Shown piece by piece: positions 49,829-62,250 of a DNA stretch of 64,000 nt. Numbering within the stretch: position 1 is the stretch's first letter; each line of letters begins with the position of its first letter. The notes under the pieces were generated by a model. That model saw only the letters and a program-made list of their open reading frames with translations, was not told the DNA's origin and made no database searches. The stretch lies in the NCBI GenBank assembly GCA_032718475.1, contig JAUCBJ010001884.1, positions 19,475-83,474 of the forward strand, written 5' to 3'. Origin of the DNA: Nemertoderma westbladi (Eukaryota > Animalia > Xenacoelomorpha). Position numbers and translations under genes: made by a program.

Positions 49829-52800
49829 ACCATAGTTACACCACACTTGAGTTACACTGGAGTAACCATAGTTACACACCACACTTGAGTTACACACCAC
49901 ACTGAGTTACACTGGTGTAACCATAGTTACACACCACACTTGAGTTACACAAGTGTAACCATAGTTACACTCCACACTTGAGTTACACTGGTGTAACCAT
50001 AGTTTCACACCACACTTGAGTTACACACCACACTTGAGTTACACAAGTGTAACCATAGTTACACACCACACTTGAGTTACACGGGTGTAACCATAGTTAC
50101 ACACCACACTTGAGTTACACTGGTGTTTAACCATAGTTACACACCACACTTCCGTTAAACAAGTGTATCCATAGTTACACCCATCACTTGAGTTACACAA
50201 GTGTAACCATAGTTACACCACACTTGAGTTACACTGGTGTAACCATAGTTACACACCACACTTGAGTTGCACTGGTGTAACCATAGTTACACACCACACT
50301 TGATTTACACAAGCGCGACCATAGTTAGTACCTGACACTTGAGTTACACAAGCGCAACCATAGTTAGAACCCGACACTTAGTTACACAAGTGTAACCATA
50401 GTTACACCCGACACTTGAGTTACACAAGTGTAACCATAGTTACACCCGACACTTAAGGTACACAAGCGTAACCATAGTTACACCCAACACCTGAGTTACA
50501 CAAGTGTAACCATAGTTACACACCACACTTGAGTTACACTGGTGTAACCATAGTTACACACCACACTTAAGTTAAACAAGTGTACCATAGTTACACCCAA
50601 CACTTGAGTTACACAAGTGTAACCATAGTTACACACCACACTTGAGTTAAATAAGTGTAACCACAGTTACACACCACACTTGAGTTACACTGGTGTAACC
50701 ATAGTTACACACAACTCTTGAGTTACACTGGTGTAATCATAGTTACACCCGACACTTGAGTTACACAAGCGTAACCATAGTTACACCCGACACTTGAGAT
50801 ACACAAATATAACCATAGTTACTACACCCAATACTTGAGTTACACAATTGTAACCATAGTTACACCCAACACTTGAGTTACACAAGCGCAACCATAGTTA
50901 CAACCCGACACTTGAGTTACACAAGCGTAACCATAGTTACGCCCGACTCTTGAGTTACACAAGCGTAACCATAGTTACACCCAACACTTGAGTTACACAA
51001 GTGTAACCATAGTTACACCAGACACTTGAGTTACACAAGTGTAACCATAGTTACACCCGACACTTGAGCTACACAAGTGTAACCATAGTTACACGTTACA
51101 CAAGCGCAACCATAGTTACAACCCGACACTTGAGTTACACAAGCGCAACCATAGTTAGAACCCGACACTTGAGTTACACAAGTGTAACCATAGTTACACC
51201 CAACACGAGTTACACAAGCGCAACCATAGTTACACCCGACACTTGAGTTACACAGGCGTAACCATAGTTACACCCAACACTTGAGCTACACAAGTGTAAC
51301 CATAGTTAACCCAACACTTGAGTTACACAAGCGCGACCATAGTTAGCACCCGACACTTGAGTTACACAAGCGCAACCATAGTTAGAAACCGACACTTGAG
51401 TTACACAAGTGTAACCATAGTTACACCCGACACTTGAGTTACACAAGTGTAACCATAGTTACACCCGACACTTAAGGCACACAAGCGTAACCATAGTTAC
51501 ACCAAACACTTGAGATACACAAGTGTAACCATAGTTACACACCACACTTGAGTTACACTGGTGTAACCATAGTTACACACCACACTTAAGTTAAACAAGT
51601 GTACCATAGTTACACCCAACACTTGAGTTACACAAGTGTAACCATAGTTACACCCGAAACTTGAGTTACACAAGCGCAACTATAGTTAGAACCCGAAACT
51701 TGAGTTACAAAGTGTAACCATAGTTACACCCGACACTTAGTTACACAGGCGTAACCATAGTTACACCCAACACTTGAGCTACACAAGTGTAACCATAGTT
51801 ACACCCAACACTTGAGTTACACAAGCGCGACCATAGTTAGAACCCGACACTTGAGTTACACAAGCGCAACCATAGTTAGAACCCGACACTTGAGTTACAC
51901 AAGTGTAACCATAGTTACACCCGACACTTGAGTTACACAAGTGTAACCATAGTTACACCCGACACTTAAGGCACACAAGCGTAACCATAGTTACACCAAA
52001 CACTTGAGTTACACAAGTGTAACCATAGTTACACACCACACTTGAGTTACACTGGTGTAACCATAGTTACACACCACACTTAAGTTAAACAAGTGTACCA
52101 TAGTTACACCCAACACTTGAGTTACACAAGTGTAACCATAGTTACACCCGAAACTTGAGTTACACGAGCGTAACCATAGTTATACCCGACACTTGAGGTA
52201 CACAAATATAACCATAGTTACACCCAATACTTGAGTTACACAAGTGTAACCATAGTTACACCCAACACTTGAGTTACACAAGCGCAACCACAGTTACAAC
52301 CCGACACTTGAGTTACACAAGCGTAACCATAGTTACGCCCGACTCTTGAGTTACACAAGCGTAACCATAGTTACACCCAACACTTGAGTTACACAAGTGT
52401 AACCATAGTTACACCCGACACTTGAGTTACACAAGCGTAACCATAGTTACACCCGACACTTGAGTTACACAAGTGTAACCATAGTTACACCCAACACTTG
52501 AGTTACACAAGTGTAACCATAGTTACACCCAACACTTGAGTTCGCAAGCGCAACCATAGTTACACCCGACACTTGAGTTACACAAGCGTAACCATAGTTA
52601 CTCCCGACACTTGAGTTACACAAGTGTAACCATAATTACACCCAACACGAGTTACACAAGTGAAACCATAGTTACACCCAACACTTGAGTTACACAAGCG
52701 CAACCCCGACACTTGAGTTACACAAGCGCAACTATAGTTAGAACCCGAAACGTGAGTTACAAAGTGTAACCATAGTTACACCCGACACTTAGTTACACAG

Positions 52801-53355
52801 GCGTAACCATAGTTACACCCAACACTTGAGCTACACAAGTGTAACCATAGTTACACCCAACACTTGAGTTACACAAGCGCAACCATAGTTAGAATCCGAC
52901 ACTTGAGTTACACTAGTGTAACCATAGTTACACCCGACACTTAAGTTACACAGACGTAACCATAGTTACACCCAACACTTGAGTTACACTAGTGTAACCA
53001 TAGTTACAACCCGACACTTGAGTTACACAAGCGTAACCACAGTTACACCCGACACTTGAGTTGCACAAGTTTAACCATAGTTACAACCCGACACTTGAGA
53101 TACACAAGTGTAACCATAGTTATGCCCAACACTTGAGTTACACAAGTGTAACCATAGTTACACCCAACACTTGAGTTACACTAGTGTAACCATAGTTACA
53201 ACCCGACACTTGAGTTACACAAGCGTAACCACAGTTACACCCGACACTTGAGTTGCACAAGTTTAACCATAGTTACAACCCGACACTTGAGATACACAAG
53301 TGTAACCATAGTTATGCCCAACACTTGAGTTACACAAGTGTAACCATAGTTACAC
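49829..53355. repeat. 38-bp satellite array (~90 units), consensus CCATAGTTACACCCRACACTTGAGTTACACAAGYGTAA
   Basis: Directly visible head-to-tail units, no unique spacers. Confidence 0.95.
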
Positions 53356-53449
53356 GTAACACTTTGAATGTTAAATGTATTATTATGTATGTTTAGTGAT
53401 TTTTTCCTGTTGATGGAAAGCCTGACATTACTAGACATTAGTAAGACAT

Positions 53450-54300
53450 TAGTACCAAAATTTGTACGATTTGGATGATGATCTTGTAGATCTTGATGAT
53501 CTTAATTACCCTGTGAATTCTCTCAACCATTCTATTTGACTGAGGGTAGCGAACGGATATTTTTCTACAAAGTTACAGCCAATCGTAGCGAGGTATTTCT
53601 TAAACTCATGGGACCGAAATTCTTCTGCATTGTCAGAAACTAATGAACGTGGTAGCCAAACCTGGCAAAGATTTCATCATAAGTTCTCGACAAACCGCTT
53701 TCAGGGAAAAGTGCATTGTATCAAATTATCATAAGGTGAAACTTGGGGTCTATCTTCCCGGTATAGTAAATATGAATGAAGAATTTTTTATTACGGTACC
53801 TTACGGTCATCTACAGAGACTATGAAATAATAAAGATGTAAATACTAAATTTGAAACAATGCAAATACTGGCAGTTCACCTTATGATAATAACGATTTCA
53901 TCCAGCTTCATAATGACTTGCAGTTTTGGAATTATGAACTGGGGTTGCCTCGATGTATCGTGAACCATAATCGACTAGTGTTAAACACTTAACACCTTCT
54001 ATAAAGGCACACAGTCTATTGCAATGCGTTCCCAGGGATGAATAATCAGATTGTTTAAGACTCTGAGTTGGTAAAGGGTCATGGGCTAGCTAACAGTTGT
54101 AACACGATGAAACTAACAATTATGCAGATTTAGCCATTCCAGGCCACCAAACGTTAGCAACCAGTAATTCTGTCATTTTATTTATCCCAGGATGCCCTTC
54201 ATGGGCCAATTTCAGAATCAAGGGTCGCAGGGACAGTGGTACAACCAACTGTGTACTCTTCATCAATACTGATGAATCTCCTACCTTTATCACAGACATC
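53450..54300 (-). pseudogene. Decayed Gypsy integrase remnant
   Basis: LILKLAHEGHPGINKM..VWWPGM; SDNAEEF-like motif near 53630. Confidence 0.65.
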
Positions 54301-54571
54301 ATCCATACCGGATCATACTACAAATATTTATTACGTGTGTCAATGGATTTTGCTCGAATTACTTGCAAACCCGTTCTACTTCGATGCTCTTTCAATACAT
54401 GTAATAATATTTAAGAAATTCAACAAAAAAATTTAACATCGCATCTACCAGACATCTACCTCGCTATGTTTTTTTATTTTTAACTCTTCCTATAACAGTA
54501 TAAGTACATATTATAGATGAGAGAAAATAGAATGAAAAAATGAAAAAAATCATACATATTATTATTAATCA

Positions 54572-57500
54572 TTGTCCCGCCTGAGGTCTTTAAAAAACCT
54601 GAGTGTTTGGAGCTAATTTTTTCCCATAGTACATTAGACATGTACAGAACGACAAGAATCCCACAAGAAATTAAAACAAATAAGTTGGTGCCAGTTCCCA
54701 AGAAGGGCAACCTAACACTCTATGGTTCTTTTCGGGGAATCTCATTGATCTCGATTGCTGCAAAGCTATACAATATAATTCTATTAAATCGCATCAGGGA
54801 TCCCATTGAGTGACTGCTCTGTGGAAATCAGAATGGGTTCCATAAAGGTCGTAGGACCATGGAGCCCATTTTGGCACTTAGAAGGATAATCGAAGAGTTA
54901 TCAAAAAAGAAAGACAAACATCTGGCATCTGGCTGTTATCTTTGTTGACTTCTTCAAGACCTTTGATTCAGTCTCTCGCTCACGTATGTTCAGCATACTT
55001 TCAATATATGGGATTCCTGATGAAATTATCGCAGCAATCAGATCAGTATATTACGGGTCTACATGTGTGTCAACTGTTGATGGTGACACTGAACCATGCG
55101 AAGTTTTATAGGGAGTCCTCCAGGGAGACTCACCATTCTTAATCATAATTGTGGTTGACTATGTTCTACGCATGTCGTTAGATCATCATAATGATGATGG
55201 GATGGTACCTCCACCTACTGGCTCCAGAAGTCGAGGAAATCCTGCCAAGTACCTACTGATCTAGACTTTGCTGATGACTTAGGAGTACTCTCAGAATCAT
55301 TAGAGGGAGCCCAACGGCTCCTCAGCTCATTAGAACATGCTGCTTCTAGTGTTGGTCTTTTTATTAACTCCAGAAAGACCAAAATTTTGACAGTCAACTT
55401 TGAAAGTCCTCAGCAAGTCTCTGATCGGATGAGCATAAGCTCAAATGATGGTATGCTTAGCATGTGGACGACTTCAGTTACTGGGATCATGGATCCGGAA
55501 GTAGGTGAGGACCTTCATATGCGTAAGGGAAAGGCATGGGCAGCCTTGAATAGGCTTTCCGGGATTTGGAAGTCACACAGAAGAAATACATCGGAAACTT
55601 AAGGCCCGATTGTTCAGTAGTTCCAGTACTCCTCTATGGGAATCCATGCTGGGCTCTAACTGCTGAGGACACCAAATCTCTGGATGGCACATTCACAATA
55701 ATATTTTTTTGTCATACAGTATCTATAAGGCGCTGCTTTAGGTTAACTGTATTTAACCACACTAATCTAGCAATAATTACATATTTTTTTATGGGAGGTT
55801 ATTATCTAGAATTCTAGGTGGTAAAATATTGAAAAAAGTCATACTTGTACCAAAAGACTCGTATATGGCGATAAGATTATGTCACCACGTTTACATACTA
55901 GGCTATCCATTAACAAATTAATTATCCATTTCGTATTACTTTTTGTGTAATTGCTTGTTGTGTAAAAGTTTTATCTGTCGATGCGATTTTGAATTTAATT
56001 GGTACAACTTGATTAATATATATGGACTGGAGAAGGAAAAAAAAAGAATGCTAGCGGTACGCTGGGTTCACTGTAAAAGCTTTTGCGGACATATAAGTCA
56101 TTTTACACAATGCGCTAAATACTCTAAAGGGACTTATAATTGTATACCTACGCGCCTGTCAAGAAACACAGAGTTGGGATGACGAAATCTACCAGCTGTT
56201 TCTTTGTGTGAGAAATGTTCCTTTGTTGACATATCTCAGCCAATCAGAGCGATCTCCCCTTTTGTTTACAGCAGCCTACGGGAGATGACGCAATAGGCAG
56301 TTTTTCCTAGAATCCTACCTCATTCAGGATTCATTCCGAAGTTCTGACGTTTCAGACTTTGCCCTAAACATCAGAGGCTAGAGTCATAAGAACGCAAATC
56401 TATGAACTTATTTCACATCATAACATTGCTTCGTAATTCATACCAACTCAAACCTACACTGCTTACTGACTCTTTTCACCGCACTGCTTTAATACTGTTT
56501 CATATTGTTGTTAATTGATGTTTATATTAATGGATGTTATATTTGGAGAATACTGATAAATAATCGTAAACCCCTCAACTTTCTTAATTACTGAGCTAAA
56601 CAGAAGGGTGTACCAGTAGCAATTGCGACTAAAATTTATAGTGGTTTTTGGTGAAATAAATGCTATTACATAATCCCTACGTATGTCAGTTGCAATCCTC
56701 CTTATATATGATCAAATTCAGTGACAGTCGGCAAATCAGTGTGCTTTAGTGTGAATTAGTGTGAAGGTTAATAAAGCATTCCTAAAGAATGCGCCATTTG
56801 CGATACCTTATAGCCTCTAGTTGTGATTAGTCTGATAACTCTGTTTGATACTTAAAACGCCACGTCCCAAAGGAACTGTTAATATTTGCCCGAAAGTAAA
56901 TATAGTTGTCGGAGATTATATAGTAGCGATCAATCGAATAATACAAAGTAGCCTACTGCAATAACTTTCTCTAGAACCGAATCCAGTCTCCCACACTGTG
57001 GGTCATACGTCGCACATAGACTGGTTTCAACTGATGTCAATTAGCAAGGGCAATAGTCGATTTAAGGAGACACTTACATTAGCAGGTTAAACTGTTAAAG
57101 GTCTAAAAGCGCGAACATCCACTGTGTCAAGTACAATGCACACATCTCCAACCAGACACTATACAGTATAACATTGGAGGTGTCTCATAGGTTCCCACAA
57201 GCTTGACACTATAACAAAGCCGCCTCCGATTTGCTGGATATTATTTTCGCCGTGAGGACCAGCCTGTGCACAATATTGTGCTTTAGCAGCCCCATGGTGA
57301 AAATAAGCATGGTGCACAGCACAGACCATGACTTTCGTGAGACGTCTCCTAAAGGACACTGACCTTGAAGATGTTGATATTCCTGCGAAAGTCATGTGGG
57401 ATAGGTACTAGGGAGTTGTGGCGGTTCAACTTTGTTGATAAGCCGGCATAGCATTCTTAATGCACGCTGCATTGGGTTTGCTAATTCGATTGCAGGGTGG

Positions 57501-57575
57501 TGGCGAAATGTTTTTGCTATGCTTGCATAGCATCTCAATGTGCAGTTTCAATGCAGCAGGCCGATTATAGTAGTT
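54572..57575 (+). mobile_element. RTE-like LINE (RT to tail), decayed, interrupted by an unidentified ~345-bp insert (~55700-56045) and a solo LTR
   Basis: Collinear with the copies at 14553-15420 and 250-905; resumes at 57118 (HCVKYNAH). Confidence 0.88.
56072..57117 (+). mobile_element. Solo LTR related to BEL element 1
   Basis: TGTAAAAGCTTTTGCG...GCGCGAACA; TSD TTCAC/TCCAC (1 mismatch); shared blocks with 5595-6788 (e.g. CGCCACGTCC.AAAGGAACTGTTAATATT). Confidence 0.85.
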
Positions 57576-57885
57576 CGTAGTATCATTGCATGGGTATTAT
57601 TTATTAAGTTCTTTGAAGGGAATGTATTATTTTAATCTATATTACTTACTACTACTATTATTACTACTATTACTATTATTTACTAGCTTAATTATGTAAT
57701 ATTTTAGCTTAATCTATTAGTTTAATTACGATTTACTATGCGCGTACGTAATCTTAATTACATTCTACCGTACATACATATTTCCAATATTATAATTAAT
57801 ATTTACCCCGACTGAGGGTGTATCTTATTGTAGAAAAATATTACAAGCTAATAACGCTGTTGCGATACGGTTGTTTATTTCATAT

Positions 57886-58015
57886 GTTGGCCCTGAAAAG
57901 GGCCGTTTGGGTTGGTTAAGTCAGGTTGTACAGTAGTTGGCCCTGAAAAGGGCCGTTTTGGGTTGAAATCAGGTCGTACAGTAGTTGGCCCTGAAAAGGG
58001 CCGTTTGGGTTGGTT
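57886..58015. repeat. Three ~49-bp tandem repeats, each with hairpin GGCCCT-GAAA-AGGGCC; probable Merlin terminal/subterminal region
   Basis: Copies at 57886, 57936 and 57984, immediately 3' of the transposase stop. Confidence 0.7.
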
Positions 58016-58042
58016 AAGGTATAAGGTGTACAGTATAGACAT

Positions 58043-59092
58043 TCAGCAAGGGTAGTAATGTTTGAAAAGTGCAAGGAGATTTGAGAAAGGTCGGTCGCGA
58101 TTTAAAAGTCTCCACCGAAATTCTGCCAGGTGGCCAGCAATAAGTTGCGGTGTTGTGCATTTTTTATTGCGGATGACTGACGTCTTTAAGTGGCCCCACA
58201 TCGACTCTATACGTTGAGTGTGGGTGCCAGTCGCACTCACCCACTCTACCGAATGGTTGACGGTTTCGTGTATGTAGGTCCCTGTTCCATTGGTAGCAGA
58301 CCACGGGTTTGTGGCGTTTGTTATGCCAACATTCACACCGCAATACGCAGACCATTCGTCGGACTGTATCTTGATTACACCGGCGACATGTTTCTCCAAA
58401 ATAGGACGGAGGGTGTCTGCATCACGATGCAAAACGTGGTAGAGGCGGATGTCGACTTTATTATCTGGACGTTTCCATACCAGTCCAAACACCCACGGCC
58501 CATCCACTGTCGTCCCATAATTAGATCGGGATGACGGAAAGTGGTCCCCACCAAGCAAACGACCTCGGTTGTTGGTGCTCCTCTTGCGTTTTCCCCGTAA
58601 TAGCGTCTCGTCGATTTGGACAATATGTCCTGGTCCACCCATTGGCTCTGACTCCTCTTGATCGCGGTACATTAATTCTCTAATAAAATTGTACCAGTCG
58701 ACAAGGGATCCATTGCCTTGCACCCCAACAATGTCGCCTAGCAACAGATGTGCAGTACGCATTCGAACTTCGAGAGCAAACGAATACGAGATGGCCAGAA
58801 TCTGCCGAACCTCGAATCGACTCTTCTCAAACCACGTTCCAGAACGTGCAGTTCGCTTGTGCTTATTAGCACCGGAGCAACGCCAAACAAGCCGCATGAA
58901 TCCCCTGTCCTTCACCAGCGTAATTTTAGCTTGCGCAGTACAACCCGGAAAAGGACAAAGACGTAGGGTTGGTTGCCCATTTGGTTGTAGAGTTCGGGGG
59001 AGAAGCTCCACGCTTTGAGCAAACTCAATAGCGCGCTCCTCAGTCTCGATAAGTTTCCCAATCTCAATGAAATTTAATTCAGCCATAGTCAT
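58043..59092 (-). CDS. Merlin (IS1595/ISXO2-family) DDE transposase, intact ORF
   Basis: N-terminal Zn ribbon (CPFPGC..WRC..H), VQIDET, WVFG, QSDEWSAY, VNHS, HTQRIESMW. Confidence 0.9.
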   Translation of the reverse strand: MTMAELNFIEIGKLIETEERAIEFAQSVELLPRTLQPNGQPTLRLCPFPGCTAQAKITLVKDRGFMRLVWRCSGANKHKRTARSGTWFEKSRFEVRQILAISYSFALEVRMRTAHLLLGDIVGVQGNGSLVDWYNFIRELMYRDQEESEPMGGPGHIVQIDETLLRGKRKRSTNNRGRLLGGDHFPSSRSNYGTTVDGPWVFGLVWKRPDNKVDIRLYHVLHRDADTLRPILEKHVAGVIKIQSDEWSAYCGVNVGITNATNPWSATNGTGTYIHETVNHSVEWVSATGTHTQRIESMWGHLKTSVIRNKKCTTPQLIAGHLAEFRWRLLNRDRPFSNLLALFKHYYPC

Positions 59093-59876
59093 GAGTACAG
59101 TATACTAACAGTAGGCCAGAGTACAGTATACAAACAGTAGGCCAGTAAGTAACAGTACAGCAGTAGGCCTAACAATACTGCTATACCGGTACCGGTAACA
59201 ATTTTTATCAGTTTCTATCTGATTTCATGATTGTTTGGCTAGTGTCGTTCAAACGTACTAATACCACACCAATACTGGTGAACCGGTTACAGTTGACAGT
59301 AATACTGCAGTTGTTAAAAATTCAGTGCCCCTGAAACCGGAAAGAACCAAAAGAACATTACCGGTACTGCATTAACACAGTAACACAAGTACTCAAGTAG
59401 GTACTGAGGTAACACAACTGACACAACGTGCAATTTTAATTCGGTATTTACTGATTTTATTTCAGTATTTTCAACGTTCAACGGCTGAACGGGGTGAGGC
59501 AGTGTGTAGTGAGGTGAGGCGAGGCGAGGCATAGCTGCATAGAGCAGGTGAGCGGTGAGGGTGACTATCAGCGTATCAGGTATTAGACGAGACCAGGAGA
59601 CGAGACCCCCCGAGACTGGAGACCCTAGCCCCAGACTCGTTTCCCTGTTAACTGTAGCGTAGGCTTAGGCTTATAGGCCTACCAGGACATGCTGACATGC
59701 TATATTCTGATATTACTGTATTACAGTTTTACAGTATTACCGGTACGGTACTCATCGAGAGGTTACAGCTCCCAGCTGCCCAGCCCCTGACTGCCTGAGC
59801 TGCTGCTGCAGGTGCAGAGTTCTTCAGTTCTTGTCTTGTTGGCGAAGTTGGCACCTTGACGGTACCGGGACGGACC

Positions 59877-60691
59877 ATGTCCAAGTCCAATGCTGCAATG
59901 TTAACTCGTAGGCGACGCAAGTCTAAGGAACCACCAACTTATCAGTATGACAGTGTTTCAGTCGAGTTGGGGGAAATCTTACCGGCAGGCCTACCTGACA
60001 GCGTACAGGTACCGGTACCGGTACCGGTAAGAGTAACCGTAATGGAGGGCGCAGTGGAAGAGGTTGCGACTACGCGACGTTCATTACGGAGTCTCGGTAC
60101 GCACCGTACACGCGAAAGCGATCCGTTATTAGAAGAGAAACCCGTCAATCCATCCGGGAGAGTGTCGTCCAAACGGCACCCGGTTGCCCTAGCAACCGGG
60201 ATCACAGACCAATCGCTAGAGATCCCACGCGTTGCCGCAGAACGATTAGGTCAACGTTTACGAAACCTCCTCAAACTGCCCAAGGCCTATAAATGGTGTC
60301 TCTACGAATGGTTCTATTCCAACCTCGACTACCCGCTATTCTTCGGGGAGAACGACTTCTCTGTTTGTCTCAAAGAGAGCTTCCCTTCTCTACGGACCCG
60401 CCAGCTGACTCGATCTCAGTGGTCCCGGATTCGACGCTTAATGGGGAAACCCCGTCGCTGTTCCACCGCTTTCTTTAATGAGGAACGCGAGGCTCTGGCC
60501 AATAAACGTACGAAGATTCGGTTGTTACAACAACGTAAAGCTTCGGACATTGTGTTCTATAAGGATCTCCCGGAAGAGATCCCCTTAGCGTTGACTATAG
60601 GAACCGCGGTCACTGCGAGACTTCGGTGGCCTCACGACGGTCTATTTGCTGGGATTGTAGACGGAGTCGATACCATATCCAATACCTACAG
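59877..60691 (+). CDS. LIN9: LIN9 (MuvB/DREAM subunit), first visible coding exon (DIRP domain, start of Tudor)
   Basis: LRNLLKLPKAYKWCLYEWFYSNLD, LTRSQWSRIRRLMGKPRRCSTAFFNEER; donor AG|GTGAG at 60692. Confidence 0.93.
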
Positions 60692-60834
60692 GTGAGCGGA
60701 CCGCAGTTTGAATTGATTCTGGGCAGCTCGGTCGGGAGGGAGGGAACGGTTAGTAAAGGTTCAGTTTACAGTCTATGGTGGAAGGAACCAAAGAAAAAAC
60801 GAAAATTCACACATGTTGTTACAAGATTGCACCA

Positions 60835-62250
60835 TCACCATGTCCTCGAATATAGTGTTGTTTTTCAGCTACCTGCCCCCCCCCCCACCCCCCCTCCCCC
60901 CTCCAAAGAAAATTAGGTATACATAATCTTCATAAGATTGCATGAAATTTGAAACCTCACCTCCATCATCCTTAGAGATCCAGAATTTTAATTGTGCTTT
61001 TATTCTTTAGCTTCAAGCGTCTCTGACGATATGATATTGCACCAGTCGTACATCAGTTATTCTTCAACCTTATAGTAGTTTTTAATGTAAAGCTGACACT
61101 GCATGGATTCCAAATATGTAAGACAAACTGCATTTCTTTGAAATGTAGCTGAAACATTCGATAGTTGCATGGTTTAGAATCTGCGGAAGGTGTCTCCAGC
61201 GATATTACACCAGTTACACCGCAGTTATTCTTCTACCTTATAGCTGTTTGTTGGTACCAATGGAAAGCTGGCCTTACAAGGATTCCAAATATGTAACACA
61301 ATTTGAATTTCGTTGAAAAATAGCTAAGATATGGGCGTTCAAATGTTGCATGGTTTTGCAACGACGCGAGGCTATTTCATTCTATTTAATAAATTCACAT
61401 CACAATCTGGAATATTTTGTTTATCCAAATACGTAGCTGGGCAACAATGCATTTCCAAATACGTAGCTAGGCAACAATGCATTACATCTTTAATCATACT
61501 ACAGTATTACGTAGCTATTCATACATTTAAAAAATGTTCCAGAATATGGTTTATTTATTGAATAAGGCCGCGTTCACACTACCGAGTCAAACTCAAAATG
61601 TCAAAAAAATAACAAGAAATTTATTTTTTCTAGAATCCCCTAATGTATTATATTAGGCCTATATAATGTATTATTATTTATTATGGCTAGCTAGCTAGTA
61701 GCTATATTTATTTTCTTTTGACTTTGACTTGGTATTGTGAACGCGGCCTAAGATAAAATAGCCTCGCGCCGGTGCAAAACCATGCAACATTTGAACGCCC
61801 ATATCTCAGCTATTTTTCAACGAAATTCAAATTGTGTTACATATTTGGAATCCTTGCATGGCCAGCTTTCCATTGGTACCAACAACAGCTATTATAAGGT
61901 AGAAGAATAACTGCGGTGTAACTGGTGTAATATCGCTGGAGACACTTTTTTTAAACGCTTGTAGCTAAAGATTGAAAGCAAAAATAAAAATTCTGGCTCC
62001 CCCAGTCAGTGGTCGGGAGGTGAAACTATCTCTGTTTCAAATTTCATGCAATCTCATTACGATTTGTAAAACAATTTGGGGGGGGGGGGGGGGGTGTCAC
62101 TGAATTACGACACTATAATATTCTGGGACATGGTGAATATTCCGGAACATTTTGTTTGTATGAATATCCGCGTTCCAGTAGGTGTATTGCATTGTTGCCC
62201 AGCTACGTATGGAATAAACAAAATGTTCCAGAATATGATACATTTATTTA
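60835..62250. repeat. Large imperfect inverted repeat (foldback) in the LIN9 intron
   Basis: 61188-61385 pairs with 61752-61945; 60835-60960 with 62017-62137; 61385-61560 with 62137-62250. Confidence 0.8.
61566..61748. mobile_element. PIF/Harbinger (Tourist-like) MITE
   Basis: TIR GGCCGCGTTCACA...TGTGAACGCGGCC; TAA TSD on both sides. Confidence 0.85.

Noticed and set aside
49829-53355. CRISPR-like array
   Set aside because: Head-to-tail 38-bp units without unique spacers, no cas genes, eukaryotic context
58043-59092. Bacterial IS1595 contamination
   Set aside because: Contiguous with a spliced LIN9 gene and eukaryotic repeats; fits Merlin
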